Shown: positions 1 to 9,358, counted from the stretch's first letter. The stretch is 50,476 bases of DNA from Sulfurimonadaceae bacterium (GCA_041562075.1 JBFEYO010000001.1:1-50476), one strand, 5' to 3'. Numbers and translations: made by a program. The notes: generated by a model not told the origin, from the sequence alone.

Positions 1-77
1 ATATTATCTGTAGATGCATAAAGTGATGTTGACCCTAGCAGTGCAACAAGGCTCATGCTTAGCATTGATTTTCTCAT
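1..77 (-). CDS. 5' end of a gene for a secreted or periplasmic protein that runs off the left edge (partial)
   Basis: ATG at 75-77 on the minus strand is preceded by AAGGGA. The 25 visible codons, MRKSMLSMSLVALLGSTSLYASTDN, look like a Sec signal peptide. It is absent from the ORF track because it is truncated. Confidence 0.4.
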   Translation of the reverse strand, partial: MRKSMLSMSLVALLGSTSLYASTDN

Positions 78-220
78 GCAATATTCCCTTCTGGTTTTAT
101 ATGCTGAAATTCTAGGGGAGAGAGGTTACTTTAATGTTACTCCTATGTTACATTTTGGTTACATAAAAGCTGTTATATTAAAAAAATAAATTAGAAAAAA
201 GTAGAAGGAGTATGGATAGG

Positions 221-240
221 CCAAAGCCAAAAGGCTTTGG
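221..240 (-). terminator. Perfect hairpin directly after the lipoprotein gene stop codon
   Basis: ccaaagcc-aaaa-ggctttgg forms an 8-bp stem with a 4-nt loop and abuts the stop codon at 241-243. The T-run on the minus strand lies about 20 nt further on, so this is not a textbook intrinsic terminator. Confidence 0.45.
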
Positions 241-2397
241 TTATAGTTTAAGAAGTTTTACGTCTTTAAATTTCAACAGTGAATTTTGATCTGCTGTAAA
301 TAGTTTCTTGGCGTTTAAATTTGCATCTGCGGTAGCAGTTTTTACAATCCCATTATAGAACTCAGGTGCAGTAACATCATCTTTAATATAGATACCACCT
401 TCATCTGAAGCTGAATCCTTAACAATCACAAAGTTATTGATCTTAGCCTGAGTCATCGGTGTAGCACCTACAGAAGAGATCTCCATCCCAGCATGCGCAG
501 CACTTGCCTGAGTAATGAATACACCATTAACAGTTCCAGAGTAACCTAGGTCTAGGTCAAGAGAGTCGTCTTGCGCATTAACAATCATTGCATTGGTCAA
601 GTTAACAGTACCACCCCAAATCTCAATACCATCATCAGAAGAGTTTCCAACATAGATATTCTCAATTGTTGTTCCATTACCAATACCACACAGTGAAAGA
701 CCATTGATTTCAATGTTGTCACCGATCACTTTACCAGTATGAAGAATATGTACATTTTTGAGTGATCCAGAATTATCTGCAGTATCACCCGCACCAGCTA
801 CAGCATTACCGAAAGCAAAACGTGGCTCAGTTTGATCAACTTCATAATGTGGATCGTTTTGATTAGTCGGTGCAGCACCAAGAATAGTCACACCACCCCA
901 TTGACCTGTAGCACCTGAACCTGGAATTGCCAAGTCTAGTGCAGAGGTGAAATAGATCGGCTCTGCATCAGTTCCCTCAGCAATGATTTGTCCACCTTTT
1001 TCAACTACTAAATAATCACTACCAGATGTACCATATAGTACTGTACCTGCTGGGATTGTCAGTACTTCACCTGCATTAACATATACACGTCCATTGATAT
1101 GATATTTATTTGTTTTAACCAGTGATTGTGTCGTCAAGTCGCCTGTAAGCGTTACTGTTGGTTTATTAGCATCATAAACTGAATAACCAATGTAGTCTGT
1201 TACTGTTGTACCTGAACCAGATACAAGCGTCGGTGAGTTAAAAAGTACATCCGTAAAAGATAAGGCTGCATCTTGACCAGCAGAAATTACTTTTTTAACG
1301 TTCAAGCCAGCATCTGTCCCTTGAGTAAGAACCTCACCATTAACAAATGTAGGTGCCGTTACATCATCTTTGATGTAGATCCCCCCCTCATCAGAACCAG
1401 CGACCTTACTAATCTTAAAGTTAGTGATCGTAGGTGTAGTCATTGGTGTTGCACCGACAGATGAGATTTCCATACCTGCATGTGCAATACCCACTTGTTG
1501 AATTTTAACATCTGTTACATTTCCAACATATCCTAAGTCAAGGTCAAGTGAATCATCTTGTGCATTAATGATAGTCAAACGAGTCATATCTACTGTACCA
1601 CCCCAAACTTCAATACCATCATCTGAAGAGTTAATAACAGTAATATCTTCGATTACAGTCCCATTTCCAACACCACACAGTGAAAGACCATTGATCTCAA
1701 TGTTATCACCTAGAACTTTACCTGTATTATAAATATTTACAAACTTTAAAGACCCTGAACTATCAGCAGCATCACCTGCAGCGGCAACTGCATTACCGAA
1801 AGCAAAACGTGGCTCAGTTTGATCAACTTCATAATGTGGGTCGTCTTGGTTAGTCGGTGCAGCACCAAGAATAGTCACACCACCCCATTGTCCCACGTCC
1901 GCACTAAGTGGATCAACAAGCGCTGTTCTAGAAGTAAAAATAATTGGTTCAGCCGCTGTACCATTCGCGATAATATCAGCACCTTTTTCAACGACTAAAT
2001 AATCACTTCCTGTTTCACCGAATAGAACTGTTCCCGCAGGAATTGTCAATGTTTCGCCTGTTGCCACGAAAACTCTTCCTGAAATATGGTATTGTTTTGT
2101 TTTATCTAGTGTTTGTGTACTTAAATCACCTGTCAAAGTAATAATATCCGCAGGATTGGTTGCAAGACGCGGATGGCTAGCAATAGCAGAAGCATCATTC
2201 GCAACATGTACAGCCTCAATATCAGCTGCGCCTGAACCACCATAATAAACAGTTGTTGCCGTTGCCGGTGGTGGAGTTGTTGGTGGTGGAGTTGTAGTTG
2301 TAGTATCAGTGGTACCACCACCTCCTCCACCACATCCAGTAAGTGATAACATACCTGCTGCTAAAAGACTAAGAACGATTTTCTGATTCGCTTTCAT
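241..2397 (-). CDS. Surface or periplasmic lipoprotein built from two tandem ~329-aa copies of a beta-helix-like domain; function unknown
   Basis: It has a signal peptide with lipobox LSLTGC, followed by a Gly6 run and a Thr/Pro-rich linker. Two collinear repeats share LTIPAGTVL, QWGGVTILGAAPTNQ, PHYEVDQTEPRFAFGNAV, NSSDDGIE.WGGTV, AQDDSLDLDLGY, HAGMEISSVGATPMT and DEGGIYIKDDVTAP. The parallel beta-helix fold is only an inference from the motif spacing. Confidence 0.7.
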   Translation of the reverse strand: MKANQKIVLSLLAAGMLSLTGCGGGGGGTTDTTTTTPPPTTPPPATATTVYYGGSGAADIEAVHVANDASAIASHPRLATNPADIITLTGDLSTQTLDKTKQYHISGRVFVATGETLTIPAGTVLFGETGSDYLVVEKGADIIANGTAAEPIIFTSRTALVDPLSADVGQWGGVTILGAAPTNQDDPHYEVDQTEPRFAFGNAVAAAGDAADSSGSLKFVNIYNTGKVLGDNIEINGLSLCGVGNGTVIEDITVINSSDDGIEVWGGTVDMTRLTIINAQDDSLDLDLGYVGNVTDVKIQQVGIAHAGMEISSVGATPMTTPTITNFKISKVAGSDEGGIYIKDDVTAPTFVNGEVLTQGTDAGLNVKKVISAGQDAALSFTDVLFNSPTLVSGSGTTVTDYIGYSVYDANKPTVTLTGDLTTQSLVKTNKYHINGRVYVNAGEVLTIPAGTVLYGTSGSDYLVVEKGGQIIAEGTDAEPIYFTSALDLAIPGSGATGQWGGVTILGAAPTNQNDPHYEVDQTEPRFAFGNAVAGAGDTADNSGSLKNVHILHTGKVIGDNIEINGLSLCGIGNGTTIENIYVGNSSDDGIEIWGGTVNLTNAMIVNAQDDSLDLDLGYSGTVNGVFITQASAAHAGMEISSVGATPMTQAKINNFVIVKDSASDEGGIYIKDDVTAPEFYNGIVKTATADANLNAKKLFTADQNSLLKFKDVKLLKL

Positions 2398-2441
2398 TTG
2401 ATAAAGCTCCCTTTTTGAATTGTTGACGACAGTCTAAAACA

Positions 2442-2486
2442 GTTACATTACCCAAGCGACACATGTGTATTACATTTGTGTAACAT
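2442..2486. promoter_or_regulatory. Candidate operator in the divergent promoter region between the lipoprotein and response-regulator genes
   Basis: GTTACA (2442-2447) and TGTAAC (2479-2484) flank the perfect 10-bp palindrome ACACATGTGT (2459-2468). TTACAT (2470-2475) and TAACAT (2481-2486) are direct repeats 11 bp apart. Confidence 0.3.
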
Positions 2487-2621
2487 TTTTAAAGATCCTC
2501 TTCACTTGATAACATTTTGATTACAATAATTACAGACCAGTGTAACCTTCCTGCAACATAGCTCTCATATGATGTCAAGCATGAAACCATTGAATATTAA
2601 TGATAGAAACGGGAGAAAATC

Positions 2622-3296
2622 ATGAAGGCACTTATATTGATCATTGAAGATGACAACGACCTTCTAGAACTCCTGGAACACCGATTACAAAAAGAAGGGT
2701 ATGAGACTCTGGGCTTTGTCAGTACCAAATATGTAAAGAATGTACTCGAAGAAGAAGCGATCGATCTGATCATTATGGACAGAAATCTTCCCGATATCGA
2801 AGGAAGCGAATACATTGCCCTTTTAAGAGACAAAGGAATGGATGTCCCGGTGATCTTTCTCTCGGCTAAGAACTCGCCAGCACATATTGAAGAAGGATTT
2901 TTGCGCGGCGGAGACGATTACGTGACCAAGCCCTTTGAGATCAAAGAGCTTCTTCTTCGTATCGAAGCCCTGCTTAGACGTACCAAAAAAGAGATGCAAA
3001 ACAAGATTATCAGCTTTAAAGACATTGTACTCGATCTGAATCTCCGCAATGTCACTATCAAAGGCGAACCGGTCGAACTGACCAAACTGGAATTTGATCT
3101 TTTGCATATCTTTATACAGCATCAAAGTACCGTACTCAAACGGGACTTTCTTTTGGAGCATGTCTGGGGTAAGGGCAAGACGACTGAAGAGCGCACCGTC
3201 AATGTTGCCATCAAACGGCTCAAAGAGAAGATTGACAGCGATCCCGAACACTCCTACATCAAGACCATCCGCGGGGTGGGGTATACCATTCATTAA
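2622..3296 (+). CDS. OmpR/PhoB-family response regulator (receiver domain plus winged-helix DNA-binding domain)
   Basis: The receiver domain shows LILIIEDD and the acceptor-Asp context LIIMDRNLPD. The C-terminal winged helix shows LTKLEFDLLHIF, RTVNVAIKRLKEKI and IRGVGYTI. An RBS (GGGAG) lies upstream. No histidine kinase gene is adjacent. Confidence 0.9.
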   Translation: MKALILIIEDDNDLLELLEHRLQKEGYETLGFVSTKYVKNVLEEEAIDLIIMDRNLPDIEGSEYIALLRDKGMDVPVIFLSAKNSPAHIEEGFLRGGDDYVTKPFEIKELLLRIEALLRRTKKEMQNKIISFKDIVLDLNLRNVTIKGEPVELTKLEFDLLHIFIQHQSTVLKRDFLLEHVWGKGKTTEERTVNVAIKRLKEKIDSDPEHSYIKTIRGVGYTIH

Positions 3297-3301
3297 TTGG
3301 T

Positions 3302-3627
3302 ACGCTGCGGCGAGCATAGCTCCCCTTCGCTACGATGACTCTACGTCTGCTTCGGCAGCAGGCCCTCGGCGAGATGAACCCGCCTTGGGGACTCTTTGGC
3401 GAACACTTTCCTTTTAGTATCTATTGTGATTTACTTAATTATTCTTTTTTAACGCTGCGGCGAGCATAGCTCCCCTTCGCTACGATGACTCTACGTCTGC
3501 TTCGGCAGCAGGCCCTCACCCCAAGGGCACTTGTCCCTTCGGTCGGGCGCGCCGAGATGAACCCGCCTTGGGGACTCTTTGGCGAACTCTTTCCTTTTAG
3601 TATCTATTGTGACTTACTTGGTTATTT
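3302..3627. repeat. Two tandem copies of a GC-rich ~150-bp intergenic element; copy 2 carries a ~33-bp insertion
   Basis: Positions 3302-3367 and 3452-3517 are identical over 66 bp. The tails (3368-~3445 and 3551-~3627) are near-identical. The extra segment at 3518-3550 occurs only in copy 2. Each copy contains ctgc-ttcg-gcag (3347-3358 and 3497-3508). The element sits between convergent genes. Confidence 0.9.
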
Positions 3628-3647
3628 ATTACCCATCCTTTTTACTT

Positions 3648-6368
3648 TTACACTTCAACCAGCTTGACACCATCATCCAGTAGATAAGCGATATAGCCTC
3701 TGACGGGTTGGGCTGTGATCTCTCTGACGGCTTTTTTATAAAAATTGACCTGCTTGAGATGGGATTGGGTATGACTCATGGCGGACTTATAGTCGATAAT
3801 GACCCACTCATTTTCCCGTTGTACCAAGAGATCGATATAGCGCAGTTCTCCCTCGTAGGAGATCGCTTTCTCCTTGTGTACAGTTCCTTCTATCTGAACC
3901 TTCACCTGCGCATCCTGTACAAAATATTCCACCCGTCTGCGAATAGAAGAGATCTCCGCTTCACTCAAGGTCGCTCCGTATCGATTAAGCATACTGTGCA
4001 TCGCCTGATCGATATATGCGTATTCAAAGGCCTCCATCATCTCCAACGTATAATGCAGGGCCAGGCCGAACTCAATGGCTCCGTGGTTTTCTTCTTCCTC
4101 TTTGGCAGCAGAGAGAAGGTCCGCTTGGGTACCGTAGTAAAAATCCCTAAAAGCTATTTTAGGCTTCAACTCCACCGCTGCTTGAGGCTTGGGAATCAGA
4201 TCCAGACTACCGCAGACCTCTTCACTTAGACAAAGGTCCTCAAACTTGGAGTCTTTGGATTTATGAATGACAAACAGAGAGTCCTGTGCCCTGGTAAAGG
4301 CCACATACAGTGCATTGAGTTCATCCTCCTTAGAGAGTTGTTTCTCCTTATCCACCGCCCTTGCATACTGCTCATCCAAACTTGAACGCTTACTCATACG
4401 CAGGTAAAGGTTTTGCAGCTGTATCCCTTCATACTCATAAATAATCGGATTCTTGTCCGCTGACTTTTTCCCCAGCCTGTCCAGTACGATCACGTGCTCA
4501 TACTCCAGACCCTTGGACTTATGTACCGTCAGTACGCGAACCCCGTTGAGCTCTTTTTGCGCCGCCGAAGCATCCAGACGTTCATACTCAAATAAAAAGG
4601 CCTCTATGTCCTTATAATTTGAGAGCTTCTCTATGAAACTGAAGATATTCATATCCCCGTCGTATAGACGGTATCGATGAATAAGCTTTTTCAGCTCACT
4701 GGCCAGATCAGGGGAATTGACATCGCAGGGCTTCAGTTTGCAAGGGGCTTGATTGATCAACGCAAAAAAGTTACGGGCATAGATCTCCTGATGGAAATAG
4801 CTGTATTTAAGGTATTCGATCAGGGCCTTGATGCTTTTTTGATTGATCAGCTTGGAGGTGGTCTCGGTAACCACTTCTATCCCCTCCTCTTTTAACAGCT
4901 CTTCCACCTTGGACCCGTCGGCATTGGTCGCTGTGAGCACGGCGATCTCGTTCAGGTCTGCTCCCTGCTCAATAAGAGATTTTAGGGTGCTTACCATCGT
5001 CTCAAGTACCTCATCATTGAAGATCACTTCCACATAACCCCTGGTCGCACCGGGCTTGACTTCCTGAGGAACATAACCCTTGATCTTATCGATAAAGACC
5101 CTGTTGACAAACTCGACCACCTCTTTTTCACTTCGGTAATTAGTACGCAATTGATCAACCTGCACCCCATAATGGTCCGTCACTGCATAAAAAAGCTCTT
5201 TCTTCCCTCCCCGGAAACGATAGATCGACTGTTTGACATCTCCCACCAGAAAGAGTGAGGATCGCTCTTTGGAGCCCATTCCCGACGTCATCTCATCGAT
5301 CAGCGGACGCAGGATCTCAAACTGTATGGTCGAGGTATCCTGAAACTCATCCAGCAGCATATGGTTGATACTCGCATCCAGTCTAAAATATAAAAAGTCA
5401 CTATTGATCCGGCCTTGATTACGCTCGTCCTTGAGAAGATAAAAGACCAGATAGGTGATATCATCAAAGGAGAGTTCGTCCTCCTCTTTTCCCACCCGTA
5501 TCTTGGCTTCAATATAGGTATCCAAAAGCGAAAAGAGCTCTGAGAGAAAATGGGCCTCTTTGGCCTTCATATAATGACGTATTCCTTCCTTTATCTTGAA
5601 CAACAACTCATCCATTTTCGGTTGAAAGTACTTTTTAAAATCCCAATACTCCAGCGTCTCTTTTTCAATCCAGCTTTTAGCGATCAGGGCTTCAATATCC
5701 TCCGCTTCCATGGCGGTACGGCCTCTGGGGCCGATTGCCGTGGCAAAGATCATCTCCTGAAGCTCTTTGAAATCCTGCATCACCTGCTGTTCATAAGGGA
5801 TAAACTCCTCTGCCTCAAAACGAAGCTCTCCCATCTCATTCTTTTTGGCATACAGCTCATTTAGTAGAGAAAAGATGTCTGAGAGTCGTTTGGATGCTAA
5901 CAAGGAGAGGGTCATCAACGCATCGTCCTTTCCCTGAATATTAACCAGTTTCAAGAACATGGCCATGACTTTTAGCTCATGCTGGGATTCAAAGGTGGAG
6001 AAGTTGGGCATCAGGCCCACATGCAAGGAAAACTTTCGCAGAATCTTGGCAAAAAACTTGTCCAGGGTCATCACCTTGGTATCTGAATTAAGTAGGGTCT
6101 TTAAGACCTCCGGGCGTTTAGCCAGAAGCTCTTCCTGGGTGCACTCCAACACTTTGGCTATCTCACCCAGTTCTCCCTTATGTTCCAGATCAATCAGCGT
6201 ATTGACGATACGCTCTTGCATCTCATTAGCCGCCTTGTTGGTAAAGGTCAGTGCAAGGATCTTATCGGCCTTCTCTCCGGAGAATAGCAAAGAGAGATAA
6301 CGTACGACTAGCGAAAAGGTCTTTCCGGATCCGGCCGAGGCCTCATAGGCATGTAGGTCTATAAACAT
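3648..6368 (-). CDS. addA: AddA-type helicase-nuclease (UvrD/Rep superfamily 1 helicase with a C-terminal PD-(D/E)XK nuclease)
   Basis: Walker A is present in ASAGSGKTF, along with LTFTNKAANEM, DEFQDT and VHKSKGLEY. The C-terminal nuclease motif is YIDLLV...VIIDYKS. The start is set at MFIDL (ATG 6366-6368), which overlaps the addB stop as TGATG. The ORF track extends 14 codons further upstream. Confidence 0.85.
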   Translation of the reverse strand: MFIDLHAYEASAGSGKTFSLVVRYLSLLFSGEKADKILALTFTNKAANEMQERIVNTLIDLEHKGELGEIAKVLECTQEELLAKRPEVLKTLLNSDTKVMTLDKFFAKILRKFSLHVGLMPNFSTFESQHELKVMAMFLKLVNIQGKDDALMTLSLLASKRLSDIFSLLNELYAKKNEMGELRFEAEEFIPYEQQVMQDFKELQEMIFATAIGPRGRTAMEAEDIEALIAKSWIEKETLEYWDFKKYFQPKMDELLFKIKEGIRHYMKAKEAHFLSELFSLLDTYIEAKIRVGKEEDELSFDDITYLVFYLLKDERNQGRINSDFLYFRLDASINHMLLDEFQDTSTIQFEILRPLIDEMTSGMGSKERSSLFLVGDVKQSIYRFRGGKKELFYAVTDHYGVQVDQLRTNYRSEKEVVEFVNRVFIDKIKGYVPQEVKPGATRGYVEVIFNDEVLETMVSTLKSLIEQGADLNEIAVLTATNADGSKVEELLKEEGIEVVTETTSKLINQKSIKALIEYLKYSYFHQEIYARNFFALINQAPCKLKPCDVNSPDLASELKKLIHRYRLYDGDMNIFSFIEKLSNYKDIEAFLFEYERLDASAAQKELNGVRVLTVHKSKGLEYEHVIVLDRLGKKSADKNPIIYEYEGIQLQNLYLRMSKRSSLDEQYARAVDKEKQLSKEDELNALYVAFTRAQDSLFVIHKSKDSKFEDLCLSEEVCGSLDLIPKPQAAVELKPKIAFRDFYYGTQADLLSAAKEEEENHGAIEFGLALHYTLEMMEAFEYAYIDQAMHSMLNRYGATLSEAEISSIRRRVEYFVQDAQVKVQIEGTVHKEKAISYEGELRYIDLLVQRENEWVIIDYKSAMSHTQSHLKQVNFYKKAVREITAQPVRGYIAYLLDDGVKLVEV

Positions 6369-8698
6369 CAATCCCTCCCGCACAGATGGGTATAAGGGCA
6401 ATAAAGACACTCTTTAAGCTCATCTGTCTTTTCAAAATTGATTGTTGTCATCTGTGTCAATTCACGCAGGTGTCCTTTAAGAAGTTCCAACTTCGTCTCC
6501 AGAAGCTCCTCATAAACGATCTTTCCGTTCTTAAGGTCATAATAGCCACAGGCGTTGACCTCCCCCTCTTCCTGAGCCAAGAGATAATAAAACTCCAACT
6601 GAAAGTCCTTTGCTTTTTCCACTGTACGTACCGTATAACTGGGATAAGAACCTGATTTGTAATCCAACACCTCGATACCATTTAGGGTCCGATCAATCCG
6701 GTCAATATTACCGATCAGGCGAACCCCTTCCACCTCTTTGGAAAGAGACTTTTCACAAGCAATGACCTCCGCTTCTTTAAAACGCTCAATCTCATTGTCT
6801 ATAAAACTTTCCAGGCGTTTAAGCCACATCTTCTGCAGGTATCTGTCCAAGACCGTATCGGCACTGTGGCTTCGTAGAGCCTTGGCAATCTGCGAGCCAA
6901 GCTCGCGTCTGTCCGTAAAGCGTCCCTGTGTTTCATAAACACTCTCAAGTGCTTTATGCAGTGCATTTCCGATCTCATGCTCCGCCGGTAGGTCCGTTTC
7001 GATCTGATGCTCTTGCAAACCGCTGACATAACGATGGTAATATCGTCGTTTACAGGATAGAAAATGTTTTAATCCTGTCGCTGAGAGGTTATGCCGGGTA
7101 AAATCATAAGCCTCTTCAATAACTTCCTCCTGCAGGGCTTCCTTCTCATGGATATTAAATAGCAGCTGAGCCCACTGGGACTCATCATAACTGTTTCTGG
7201 TCTCTATGCCCAGCTGGGTTAGAAATCGTGAGGGCACCGAATCGGTCGAACTCACATAAGCAATCGCCACCTCTTTGGCACGTAAAAAGAGATTGTTGTA
7301 ATAAAGCTTTTGTAAGGACTCCCTGTCCATGGCCCCCGGTAACCCGGCCTTAATACGTGTGGCCGAATTTAAAAAAAGATCTTTTTCACTCTTGCGCGGT
7401 ACCGTCCCCTCATTAAAATCCACCACGATTACACCGTCAAAACTGACCGATCGGGTCTCAAGGACCCCCATCACCGTGATCTTTCCTCCACGCACATCAT
7501 CCACACTTTTCTGCTTAAGACGGTTCATAAACAGATGCAGAGCGGACTTGAGGCTACTCCCTTGTAACGTCGGCAGCAGTTTTTTAAAATAAAAAAGTTC
7601 TTCTTTGATGATCTTGATGACCGCCCTGTTGCTCTCTTTACTTATAAACGGTTCTAAGACTGCCTCAAAATCCACGTCCTCTACCCTTGCCTTGTACTTG
7701 GGCTGTAAGCCTTCAAGCAGCTCCACGCCTATACGATTAAGTCTATGACGATTTTGTACACTCTGCGTGTCGATATATTGGCTGACTGCTTCAAGAGACT
7801 GGATAAACACTGACTCGCTCAGGCTTTCTCCCATGGCAAAGTTAAAATTACACTTCTCATCAAAACGCTTCAGATGCCTAGAAAAGTTTTCATTAGGCAG
7901 TACAACCACGATCTTTTCAGCGTCTATCCCCTTATCGATAAACTCCTGAACCTTCTGCTTGATAAAGGCCACTTGTAAAATGCGCTGAGAAAAACTTTCA
8001 CAGGATATCTTAGCCGAAGAGCGGACAGGAGAAGAGCCTTCTATACGCTTCGTACTTAAATTGATGATCTGATTTTTTTCCGGCAGAAGCTCTATTCCAA
8101 GCGCATATAATTTCTCCTGCATCTTCTGATTAAAAGCATTGGCATAAAACCGCAAACGCACAGGTACACACTCAGCGCACTCCTGCAAAAGTTTCAATTC
8201 AAAATTTGTCAGATACCCCTCAACTACCAGCAGTATCTCTTCTTGGGATCTGATATATGCCTCGTTTAAGGTGTAGTGTTTAGATAAGAAAATAGGATCG
8301 AGTATCTTCTTTTCATTACAAAGCTGCTCATACCTCTTATAGAGTTCACGTAGGATCTCAATATGCTCTTCATAATCCCCGTAAGTATCTGCCATATTCA
8401 ACGCATCTATCTCCAACAGTTCACCGCTTAGTTCCTCAAAAAACCGAAAGATATAAGAGGAGTTTTGGGTAAAAGTGAAAAAGTTCCGCTCGATATTAAG
8501 TGCGGCAAAACCTTTAAAATCAGAAGCTTCCAACAGCAGAAGGGTCCGGGTATCATCATCGATACGCTTAAACCCCTCCACAAGCAGGGCCCGCTGTAAA
8601 AATTCCGACATGGTGATATAAGATGGAAGGAAAGTATTGTGTTGTTTTTCTTTAAGAATAGCTGCACGTATGGCACGTGAGCTTGGAAGGATTGTCAT
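6368..8698 (-). CDS. addB: AddB-type nuclease subunit with an Fe-S cluster cysteine pattern
   Basis: The C-terminal motif GNIDRIDR...VLDYKSG matches PD-(D/E)XK. One upstream Cys (FLSCKRRYY) plus C-x2-C-x5-C (CLYCPYTHLC) matches the AddB iron-staple pattern. It lies immediately upstream of addA and is translationally coupled to it. Confidence 0.8.
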   Translation of the reverse strand: MTILPSSRAIRAAILKEKQHNTFLPSYITMSEFLQRALLVEGFKRIDDDTRTLLLLEASDFKGFAALNIERNFFTFTQNSSYIFRFFEELSGELLEIDALNMADTYGDYEEHIEILRELYKRYEQLCNEKKILDPIFLSKHYTLNEAYIRSQEEILLVVEGYLTNFELKLLQECAECVPVRLRFYANAFNQKMQEKLYALGIELLPEKNQIINLSTKRIEGSSPVRSSAKISCESFSQRILQVAFIKQKVQEFIDKGIDAEKIVVVLPNENFSRHLKRFDEKCNFNFAMGESLSESVFIQSLEAVSQYIDTQSVQNRHRLNRIGVELLEGLQPKYKARVEDVDFEAVLEPFISKESNRAVIKIIKEELFYFKKLLPTLQGSSLKSALHLFMNRLKQKSVDDVRGGKITVMGVLETRSVSFDGVIVVDFNEGTVPRKSEKDLFLNSATRIKAGLPGAMDRESLQKLYYNNLFLRAKEVAIAYVSSTDSVPSRFLTQLGIETRNSYDESQWAQLLFNIHEKEALQEEVIEEAYDFTRHNLSATGLKHFLSCKRRYYHRYVSGLQEHQIETDLPAEHEIGNALHKALESVYETQGRFTDRRELGSQIAKALRSHSADTVLDRYLQKMWLKRLESFIDNEIERFKEAEVIACEKSLSKEVEGVRLIGNIDRIDRTLNGIEVLDYKSGSYPSYTVRTVEKAKDFQLEFYYLLAQEEGEVNACGYYDLKNGKIVYEELLETKLELLKGHLRELTQMTTINFEKTDELKECLYCPYTHLCGRD

Positions 8699-8729
8699 CT
8701 GCTATGCCCTTGAGGTCAAGGACAAAGGA

Positions 8730-9215
8730 CTAGTGTTTTACTCGTCTCGCTTCATCCCAGAATTCATTGATCTGTAATTGTATCTTTTTAAGCCAATTAT
8801 ACAATAGAAAGATATTAATCCCAATGGCAATGAAGATGATGGAAGCCATCACATATATCCCATATTCCCCCATACCGTATCCGGCAGATACGATCAGATA
8901 AGACATCCCTACGATTGCCCATAATGCGATCGTCGGCAAAAAAAGCATCGCACCCCAGCATGAACTGATCTGCTCAAGCTTTCCGTTTTCCGAATAGAGT
9001 TTTCCGACATAAGCCGGCAATAACCAGCATGCACTGACTGCCAACGGTGGAAAAAGAACGGCTAACGCCGCATAAGAACGACCTGAAATACCCTTATTTC
9101 TATTTTTCTGTAGTTCAGAAAAGGTCTGTGCAAGCCAGTAAATACCATAAAGCCCAAAGCTCATTACCCATAGTCCGATGATTTTTTCAGGACTTCGTTT
9201 TGTTCCAATATACAT
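8730..9215 (-). CDS. Small integral membrane protein, possibly DUF4234-like
   Basis: There are four or five hydrophobic segments. The LYGIYWL motif near the N-terminus resembles DUF4234 as I remember it. A TATAAT-like box and AGGGGA lie upstream on the minus strand. Confidence 0.5.
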   Translation of the reverse strand: MYIGTKRSPEKIIGLWVMSFGLYGIYWLAQTFSELQKNRNKGISGRSYAALAVLFPPLAVSACWLLPAYVGKLYSENGKLEQISSCWGAMLFLPTIALWAIVGMSYLIVSAGYGMGEYGIYVMASIIFIAIGINIFLLYNWLKKIQLQINEFWDEARRVKH

Positions 9216-9358
9216 TCTTGATTCCCCTAATTAAGAATTTTTCGATGAAAATCAAAAAAAATTATAATTAACCTTGGTAAACGAATGTAAAATAAGAAGC
9301 TGTTTTCTACTATGCGAGAAAAAGGGAGGGGCAGCGTTTTAAATAGGAGAGAGGGGGC

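Noticed and set aside
3302-3627. Possible CRISPR array.
   Set aside because: There are only two copies, the period is 150 bp with no unique spacers of CRISPR size, and there are no cas genes in the window.
3094-3667. Track ORFs 3094..3417 (107 aa) and 3485..3667 (60 aa) cross the intergenic repeats.
   Set aside because: The same repeated DNA is read in different frames in the two copies. The products are low-complexity and there is no RBS. They are better explained as chance ORFs in GC-rich non-coding repeats.
6369-6410. N-terminal extensions are implied by the ORF track. The affected ranges are addA 6369-6410, aminotransferase 21574-21672, uppP 21706-21768, MFS 25423-25500, GGDEF 26882-26896, accB 44087-44218, moaE 30257-30268, the FixH-like gene 9911-9937, and the paralogous GGDEF-like genes 30568-30639 and 31307-31459.
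   Set aside because: In each case an internal start has a better RBS, matches the conserved N-terminus of the family, or avoids overlapping the upstream gene or promoter. The extensions encode non-conserved, low-complexity sequence.
3648-8698. The large helicase-nuclease pair was considered as a novel defence system.
   Set aside because: The motifs and gene order match the housekeeping AddAB recombination-repair enzyme known in epsilonproteobacteria.
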